Shown here: positions 57,634 through 64,000 of the stretch, in pieces
How positions within the stretch are numbered: the first letter of the stretch is position 1
How the letters are laid out: the number at the start of each line of letters is the position of its first letter
IMG/VR virus record: IMGVR_UViG_3300044712_001462
Coordinates: 160,529-224,528 of that record
DNA length: 64,000 nucleotides
Direction: 5' to 3' (one strand)
The notes under the pieces: model-generated
The model's database searches: none
Told to the model about the DNA's origin: nothing
Seen by the model: the letters and a program-made list of their open reading frames with translations, nothing else
Translations under genes and position numbers: made by a program

Positions 57634-60600
57634 TTAGGCGACTTTGATATATCCGCGGTGCGGAATCCAGATTTTCTTGGTGTCACCACCCTTGATAAAT
57701 CCATCTTCATACTGTGTCCAACCCGCATACTTCGGGTCTAGATCAATTGCAAAACAATCATCCGGGGTCATCGAAACACCCCAGGACTGCACAACTTTCG
57801 TATCCACGCCGAAGTGATACGGCCCAGTTCCGAGCGGAACACCATCCATAGACGTGGGATATAGTGGCACTCGCTCACACATGCACAGCGGCAATATTTC
57901 TGTGAGCACTTTCGGCACATGTTTAGCCGGAGCCATGACCATCAAAGCATCATGCACCTGTAGACAGATGCGGTAATCAATATCATCAGCGGTTGCGCCT
58001 GCGGCCCAGGCGTTCTCGCGGTAGTCATAGAGTTCCGCCACAGCCAGACTGATGGCATCTGCCACCATTCCCTGAATGGGAAAATTCATCGACTGGCGCT
58101 CAAACTCACCCCGCTGTTTGGCCAACCTGATAGCCGGAAACCGTCGGTAACGACCAAATGGGCTACACAACCAACGGGGTACCACATCCGGGTTGCTGTC
58201 CGGATGCGCTGCCAGGAACTTTTCTCGCGACCAGTGGTCAGGTCCTACCGCTCTCCAGCGACACTCATCAAACAACGTTGACAGACTGGGGTAAAGCGCA
58301 TCGAGCGCAGCAACGATTCGCTCGGCATCCGAGACCGAAACAAACACACCCTCTTCTTGAGCACCCAGCGCAATCGCCTTAGGACCTCGACCGTAAGCTC
58401 GGCCGAATATCACGGCCTTGGCTACAATCCGCATGTGTGCTTTATCGATAGAAGCCAGACCGGCTTTTGTAGGCGGGCAATCGAACCCGAACGCTAACAC
58501 CGCCACATTCGAATGAATGTCGTAGTAATTCGGATGATCTTCTGGCAGCTGATTGCGTAACGCATGATCCAACATCACCGGATCGCCTGACAAAATCGCC
58601 ATTACAAACAGCTCAGCACCAACATAGTCGGCCTCTACCAGGCACCAGCCAGGCGGAGCGCAAAGAACACTGCGCAGGGGAGACACATACTGATCACCCA
58701 GAATCCGCTTATAATCGGGTTCACGGCGTGCGCTGAGATTCTGCAGAGGCGGCCGAGCTGACGACCACCGGCCGGTTTCCTTGGTCTGGTAGATCGTGGT
58801 ACGAACTCTGCCATCACCACATACCCAGCTGGGCAACCCTTTGTCATACATCAGGTTCCCGTCATCATCATGCTGATAGGACACACCCCCGCTTTCGTCA
58901 TCTTCAGACATCGGAGGCCGGAGCACTGACTTCAAAACCTGACTGATAAAGCGGTAATCCCGGATCCAGCCGATCGGCTTTCTCAGATTCCGAACTACCC
59001 ATTCACCCTTCCGCCACACCTTCAGCTTATCCGAGCCATGCCACAGAATACCGAGCGTCATCTTATCGGTACCGGGTGTGGCTTCATCTTCCTTCTTTGC
59101 TTCAACCACCTCACTCCATTGCTTCACAGGTTTACCGGTTGCCACCAGTGGCTCTGTGGCAATCGACTTTGCACCCTTGGGTCTTAGCCTGGGGCGCTTT
59201 CCTTTCACCTTCTCCTTCCCGTTGTACTTTCTTCCAAACAACAACTCGCGAACTTCAAACGGAGAGTTCAAGTTGAGATTAGGCCAACAAGCCCAAGTCT
59301 TAATCTTCCTCTCCAGCTCGTTCTTCGCATGCATGTACCGCTCAGTCAGGGTCGCAACTCGTTCGCGATCCAAGACCAAACCAGTACGGGTGATCTCCAA
59401 TACTGCCAGCGTAGCCTTCTGGCTAATCCAGTACGGCTTCCAACAGTTATTACCAAACTCATCCGCATACAACGCTTTCATGTGCCGCATACATAGGCGA
59501 TACGTCACATCCGCGTCATAAGCGCCGTAAGGTACCAGGATCTCGTCAGGGCAGTCTCCGTAGCCTTCCAGAGCCGCCTTCTCGATACCTTGCTGCCGAC
59601 AGTAATCCGATTTCCACTGATTCAATATCGCGTCGTAGCGAGGCGCTGTCGTGTAAGTGAGAACTTGTCCTGTTAACGAGAAGTCGCCTGTCTCATCCAG
59701 GGCATGCGCCATTAAGGCAGTATCCAAACCGCCTTTCTCTGGCATCTCTTCCCAGGTAGCTGGAGCTGCGAACTGCTTTCTCAGATCCAGGCCCGCCGGA
59801 ACGAGCCATTCCAAGTCAGCCACGAAGTAGTGTCCACAAGGACGCTTGTCCTCCATGAACTTCGACAGGATCTTCATCGCCCGAGCCTGTCCACCATCCG
59901 TCGTAAACTGTTTCTTCCAAACCTTTCCGTCCTTGCGCACAAACTGCTTGAATGCAGGGGCACCCCCAGCATGATTCAGTTTGATGACCGCGGCTTTCTT
60001 CTCTGCCCAGCTCAGCTGAACCGTTCTCAGATAGGCTCCAGGGTTTTCCGGATGGTCACCGTGCCACTCGGCATCCATGGCGATGATGCGGTTGGTGGTG
60101 GTCTGGTTAATCTCTTCACAGAGAGCCAGTAATTGTGCCTCATCTTCAATCAGCCGGTGATCCAGACCTTCCTCAGAGACACAACCATTACCGCCTGCCA
60201 CCAGATCAGAGAATCTGCGTAAAGCCTCCGTGAACTGAGGAGCCGCATCCGGCTTATGCACAATGGCTGACGGGTGCATACAAGCCATCGCTTTGACCTT
60301 GAGCGGTGGAGTGTCATCCTCCTCGCTCGTCGCCATTGAGAACTCAAGATCGATTACCTGGCCCGCAATACCAGTCAAAGTAGCCTGCTTACCGCAGAAC
60401 ACCTTTACCGCTTCCGAGCCCAACATCAGGATGAACTTCGGCTTTACCAGCCTGATTTCCTGCTGCAAGAGAAAAGCCTGGTCCGCAATCCAACGAGGCT
60501 TAATCGCCCCTTCCCCATTTATGAGGTGCTGCGTCTTCAAAACACCCGTTACATACCAGCGCCGGTAATCCGCCACACCCAGCTTCGCGAGAGTCTTCAG

Positions 60601-61014
60601 TAGTTCATTACCCGACTCGTCAGAGAACCACCGACACTTCTGCGCATCGTCCGTGGTCAACGTCTTACCTACTACCATTACGTCACAGGGCTCAGGACCA
60701 CGGGAGCGCCAATCATTGTTCTCTCCACAGTTCCAGCGATGCCCTGAGACGACGTTAAACATCTCTGATCGGCCTGCCTTCGTCTTCAGTGCCAGATGTA
60801 ACTGACCCCTCCCATACAAGGCATTCTCGATCAAGGCTTCCAGCTTCTTACCCACTGTCTGTAGGCGCTGGACCCGTCCCTTCTTATCCGCCACAACCTC
60901 TGTGTCATCACCCAGAGCCGTGGCAGCCAACAAAAACTCTTCACCAGGAATAGGCATCCCTGGCGCTGTAATCGGAAACAACGCAGCCACTCTACTCCTG
61001 CTTTCGTCTAGCAA
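57634..61014 (-). CDS. polA: Family A DNA polymerase with N-terminal UDG-like domain and 3'-5' exonuclease
   Basis: UDG4-like EIRLVKPKFILMLG and HPSA; exonuclease DAEW, YGAYD; polymerase TGRWSS, ADYVGAE, RIVAKAVIFGRAYG, NFPIQG, QVHD. Confidence 0.92.
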   Translation of the reverse strand: MLDESRSRVAALFPITAPGMPIPGEEFLLAATALGDDTEVVADKKGRVQRLQTVGKKLEALIENALYGRGQLHLALKTKAGRSEMFNVVSGHRWNCGENNDWRSRGPEPCDVMVVGKTLTTDDAQKCRWFSDESGNELLKTLAKLGVADYRRWYVTGVLKTQHLINGEGAIKPRWIADQAFLLQQEIRLVKPKFILMLGSEAVKVFCGKQATLTGIAGQVIDLEFSMATSEEDDTPPLKVKAMACMHPSAIVHKPDAAPQFTEALRRFSDLVAGGNGCVSEEGLDHRLIEDEAQLLALCEEINQTTTNRIIAMDAEWHGDHPENPGAYLRTVQLSWAEKKAAVIKLNHAGGAPAFKQFVRKDGKVWKKQFTTDGGQARAMKILSKFMEDKRPCGHYFVADLEWLVPAGLDLRKQFAAPATWEEMPEKGGLDTALMAHALDETGDFSLTGQVLTYTTAPRYDAILNQWKSDYCRQQGIEKAALEGYGDCPDEILVPYGAYDADVTYRLCMRHMKALYADEFGNNCWKPYWISQKATLAVLEITRTGLVLDRERVATLTERYMHAKNELERKIKTWACWPNLNLNSPFEVRELLFGRKYNGKEKVKGKRPRLRPKGAKSIATEPLVATGKPVKQWSEVVEAKKEDEATPGTDKMTLGILWHGSDKLKVWRKGEWVVRNLRKPIGWIRDYRFISQVLKSVLRPPMSEDDESGGVSYQHDDDGNLMYDKGLPSWVCGDGRVRTTIYQTKETGRWSSARPPLQNLSARREPDYKRILGDQYVSPLRSVLCAPPGWCLVEADYVGAELFVMAILSGDPVMLDHALRNQLPEDHPNYYDIHSNVAVLAFGFDCPPTKAGLASIDKAHMRIVAKAVIFGRAYGRGPKAIALGAQEEGVFVSVSDAERIVAALDALYPSLSTLFDECRWRAVGPDHWSREKFLAAHPDSNPDVVPRWLCSPFGRYRRFPAIRLAKQRGEFERQSMNFPIQGMVADAISLAVAELYDYRENAWAAGATADDIDYRICLQVHDALMVMAPAKHVPKVLTEILPLCMCERVPLYPTSMDGVPLGTGPYHFGVDTKVVQSWGVSMTPDDCFAIDLDPKYAGWTQYEDGFIKGGDTKKIWIPHRGYIKVA

Positions 61015-62101
61015 AACTCACTTTTAACTTCCTCCGTGCCGCCTCCGCCTGGATGAGTTTGCGCATGTAGATGCGATCCATCATTCCAGGATCTGTTCCA
61101 GGCGGCAGATAGATGGGAACAACTTTCCCGGCCAACCTGGGCTGAGCGCTCAGAGCCTCGAACGCTTTCGCGATATGATGCGGCTGCCCTTCTTTGTGAT
61201 CCGGAGGTAAATCCGGATCCAACATCAGCACAACTACATCCTCTTTCTCCACCATTTCCACAATCAAACGAATCTGAGCCGGGGCCACGCTCTTACCCAG
61301 TAGCCCCATCGCCTGCGCACCGAAGTTCCACACATCCGACGGGCCTTCCACAATCACTTTTGTGCTGTACCGAATAGCATTGTCGTAGTTGTACAACACC
61401 TCGCCTTTGCGAATCCCCGGCGTGGTAAACCACTTTGGGCCCATGTTGTCATCATCCAGCACCCGACGACACTGCCAGCCCATCAGCTGATTCTTCATAA
61501 TGATCGGGGCATACAGCCGATTACGACACAGTGCATAATGCGACTCAATGATGTAGCCCACCCCGAACGTTTCAGCGACATACCGTGGATCAATCAGACG
61601 ATCCCACAAATACTTCAGAGCCGGGTGATTAGGATTCGTCTTGCAGATGTCTTTGAGCGACCAGGGTGGGCCCGGAGCCACTATCGCTTCACCCCGAGGC
61701 AATCTCTTCTTCTGTGTTTTAATAGAAGACAAATCCACCGATCCGCTGCGGCAATCTTTGAGCCATTCCCACAGCTTCAACCCACCACCGCTGGCTAAAC
61801 ACTGCTCGTTGTAGCACTGTGCCAGCCAAAGGTTGCGATTACACGTGTGCCTATCCGGCTTCCCCCAGCGATGATTGATGTACAGTCGCTTCCGCGTATC
61901 CCCACAAAACGGACAAGAGATGCGATATTCCTCCCCAGATACAACAGGGTCAAGCTTCTCGTAGGACTGCTTGACCCCATTTGCTCTCCGGGTGAATTGC
62001 TGATACGAGGCTTCCATCTCCAGGCCCTCGTTTACGATCGTCACATGCTCTTCTCCTCCTAATCGATTCACCAACTGTCGATACAACTTCCGATTTAGCA
62101 T
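60992..62101 (-). CDS. DNA primase (Zn finger plus TOPRIM)
   Basis: CPFC..CYNEQC; IVEGPSD; MLDPD; GTDPG. Confidence 0.85.
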   Translation of the reverse strand: MLNRKLYRQLVNRLGGEEHVTIVNEGLEMEASYQQFTRRANGVKQSYEKLDPVVSGEEYRISCPFCGDTRKRLYINHRWGKPDRHTCNRNLWLAQCYNEQCLASGGGLKLWEWLKDCRSGSVDLSSIKTQKKRLPRGEAIVAPGPPWSLKDICKTNPNHPALKYLWDRLIDPRYVAETFGVGYIIESHYALCRNRLYAPIIMKNQLMGWQCRRVLDDDNMGPKWFTTPGIRKGEVLYNYDNAIRYSTKVIVEGPSDVWNFGAQAMGLLGKSVAPAQIRLIVEMVEKEDVVVLMLDPDLPPDHKEGQPHHIAKAFEALSAQPRLAGKVVPIYLPPGTDPGMMDRIYMRKLIQAEAARRKLKVSFARRKQE

Positions 62102-63744
62102 TACACACCCATATCATCCGCGAACAACGCCCGTGAATTGTCGTCAATCAGGCCTTGTCGATTACTCGTTACCACTCTTCTCGCCTCACCCGCTGATACA
62201 ATCGTTCCGCTTTCCAGCTCATACTGATGACTGACATCCGATAACGACTGCATAGCCCCATCAATACGCAGAATACGAGTGGGTGAAACACCCGACCGAC
62301 GGTGCTTGACATGCCCAAACGCAATCAGACTCTCGCTTGTAGGAGTACCGGCTACAAAAGCGTTACTGATAAACTCCACGAAGCTCTTAGACTCTGAGCA
62401 ATCAGTCATCGAAGGCAGAGAACCCGGCTTCTTCGAGGCCGCTGCCGGACTCAGCTGATGCATGACCCAGACCGGACAATTGAACTGCTGCGCAACGCGC
62501 AACCGCAGTTCTCGGGGGAATGTGTTTAACAGTAACCGAAGTTCCCGGCCTAGATCTTTGTTGTGTTTTGAACAATACGCCTTTGCAGCAGCACTGGCAT
62601 GGTCAATGATGATGCGATCAATACGTCGGCCATCGTACTGGGAGACCAGTTTTCGCAAAACAAGCTCCAGACCGTAGTGCATATCCCCAGAATAACCTCG
62701 AAATGCCTCTGTTCCTCCCTCCATGTCAATGATGCAAATGTTCTTAATGAGCTGCTCGTAAGCGTTATCCACACGCTGCTCTTCACACCGGATGGTGGCT
62801 TCAGGGTTCTGTCTCATCATCTGCTGCAACTGACGCAGCTCATACGGCTTCAAGTTATCCGGCGTACTGAAGTCACGTCTCGCAATATCCGACCACGCTA
62901 CTCCTGCGCAACGAGCCAGACAGCGATGGAAAATATCTTCCTTTTGATCCTCCCAGGTCACTATCACCGTGATGGGAGCACCTTCTTCACTTCCCGTCTG
63001 AGCTACATGCTCCTCTAAACCGCGCAATGCCGACTGCACCGTAATCATGCACGCCAAGGTGGTCTTGCACGTACCATACGGAGCCATGAAGGCATTCACC
63101 TCTCCCGCTTTATCTCCACCGCCTAAACACCGATCCAGGAAATCAATCCCAATCGGGCGCAGCGGTTCACTCACTTGCTCTTTCCAATTTGGTGCTGCCA
63201 ACTTGAAATCCATCTCATCTAGGCCGAAGGTAGCTGCAGCGCAGAGACGATTCTCTGTCTCTCGCAGCACTGAAAGCAGACTTTCGTTGTAAGCTCCCTT
63301 TGTCTGCTCTGCCAACTCACGCTGGTGATACTCCAGCAACATGCGACGACAGTCATTGAGTGCCACTTGCACCATATCTGTCGTGGGAGCGGGACCGTCA
63401 AATATCGTATCCACAATATCATCGACTTCGACTTCATCCACGTCATGCACAAGGAAGAAGCCGTTGTCATCACGCATTCCAGATAGTTCTGCGTGCATGA
63501 ACTGTTTGCTAGGAATAAGACGACCGTTATAAGCTTCAGCGAAAGCCAGCGCAGCTTCCCAGATTACGGCCGCAGCAGAATCCTCCGCCTCCTCAAAATG
63601 CTCCGGAAGTAGCTGAGCCCGAGCCTGATCAAACGCAGCCTGATGTCGCATGAACACACTGAGAAACCGCTTACGCATCTCGGGTGTCGTCGAGCTGCGA
63701 CGAATGCTGAAGTCGTCATTTCCATTTCGATCTTTTGCCATCAT
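62101..63744 (-). CDS. DnaB-like (SF4) replicative helicase
   Basis: GIDFLDRCLGGG, APYGTCKTT, TWE, IIIDH, CPVWVMHQL, KHR. Confidence 0.85.
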   Translation of the reverse strand: MMAKDRNGNDDFSIRRSSTTPEMRKRFLSVFMRHQAAFDQARAQLLPEHFEEAEDSAAAVIWEAALAFAEAYNGRLIPSKQFMHAELSGMRDDNGFFLVHDVDEVEVDDIVDTIFDGPAPTTDMVQVALNDCRRMLLEYHQRELAEQTKGAYNESLLSVLRETENRLCAAATFGLDEMDFKLAAPNWKEQVSEPLRPIGIDFLDRCLGGGDKAGEVNAFMAPYGTCKTTLACMITVQSALRGLEEHVAQTGSEEGAPITVIVTWEDQKEDIFHRCLARCAGVAWSDIARRDFSTPDNLKPYELRQLQQMMRQNPEATIRCEEQRVDNAYEQLIKNICIIDMEGGTEAFRGYSGDMHYGLELVLRKLVSQYDGRRIDRIIIDHASAAAKAYCSKHNKDLGRELRLLLNTFPRELRLRVAQQFNCPVWVMHQLSPAAASKKPGSLPSMTDCSESKSFVEFISNAFVAGTPTSESLIAFGHVKHRRSGVSPTRILRIDGAMQSLSDVSHQYELESGTIVSAGEARRVVTSNRQGLIDDNSRALFADDMGV

Positions 63745-63989
63745 TACTCCATTACTCGTCGCTGGTCGTACGCTTTCTGTACGATGTCGACAATCTCAGG
63801 CGGCACAAACGATCCCCAGTGCCGCAAATAAATTTCCTCTAAGCCAATAATCTGTGTTACCGCAGCCGGAGCGTAGTCCTGCGCCAGCGTATGAAACCCT
63901 TTGTGATAAGCCGCGCAGTACCGAAACAAGTCTGAAATATCAGACTGGGGATTCGTCACAATCTCCAAAGCCGCGTCAGCTTCACTCAT
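63744..63989 (-). CDS. Hypothetical protein (may extend beyond window)
   Basis: Stop overlaps the helicase start. Confidence 0.5.
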   Translation of the reverse strand: MSEADAALEIVTNPQSDISDLFRYCAAYHKGFHTLAQDYAPAAVTQIIGLEEIYLRHWGSFVPPEIVDIVQKAYDQRRVME

Positions 63990-64000
63990 CCCGAAACCAC

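Noticed and set aside
1-64000. Alternative genetic code, DGR/retron, integrase, tRNAs
   Set aside because: Core genes are intact in the standard code with TAA, TAG and TGA all used as stops; no RT or recombinase motifs or cloverleafs were seen by eye (tRNAscan would be needed to exclude tRNAs).

Overview
This window is a 64-kb segment of a large tailed dsDNA phage genome in the standard genetic code, almost entirely coded on the minus strand. Reading in the direction of transcription (right to left), it holds: a replication/recombination block (DnaB-like helicase, primase, family-A DNA polymerase fused to a UDG-like domain, probable SSB, RecA-like ATPase, DEDDh exonuclease, RuvC-like resolvase, several apparently degenerate enzymes); a probable morphogenesis block (portal-like protein carrying a LAGLIDADG intein, a 1590-aa low-complexity protein, a DUF3008-like protein); about 20 kb of tightly packed small accessory ORFs (radical SAM, HAD nucleotidase, vWA, dNMP kinase); a three-gene plus-strand island (HEXXH protein, small protein, metallophosphoesterase); and a glycosyltransferase/deacetylase/methyltransferase cluster that runs off the left end. 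No tRNA, rRNA, CRISPR array, integrase or reverse transcriptase was recognised. Signals not captured by the ORF track: (i) a 14-22 bp intergenic box, TAATAGCGATAACA, present five times in both orientations just upstream of start codons; (ii) a promoter-like element CT(A/C)AAT-N17-CA(T/C)AAT present three times; (iii) a structured ~110-nt promoter-to-terminator RNA candidate; (iv) a candidate +1 ribosomal frameshift at CCC-UUU-CGC whose extension is translationally coupled to the dNMP kinase; (v) recurrent K-x-A motifs in putative virion proteins. All family assignments come from motif recognition by eye, with no database searches.
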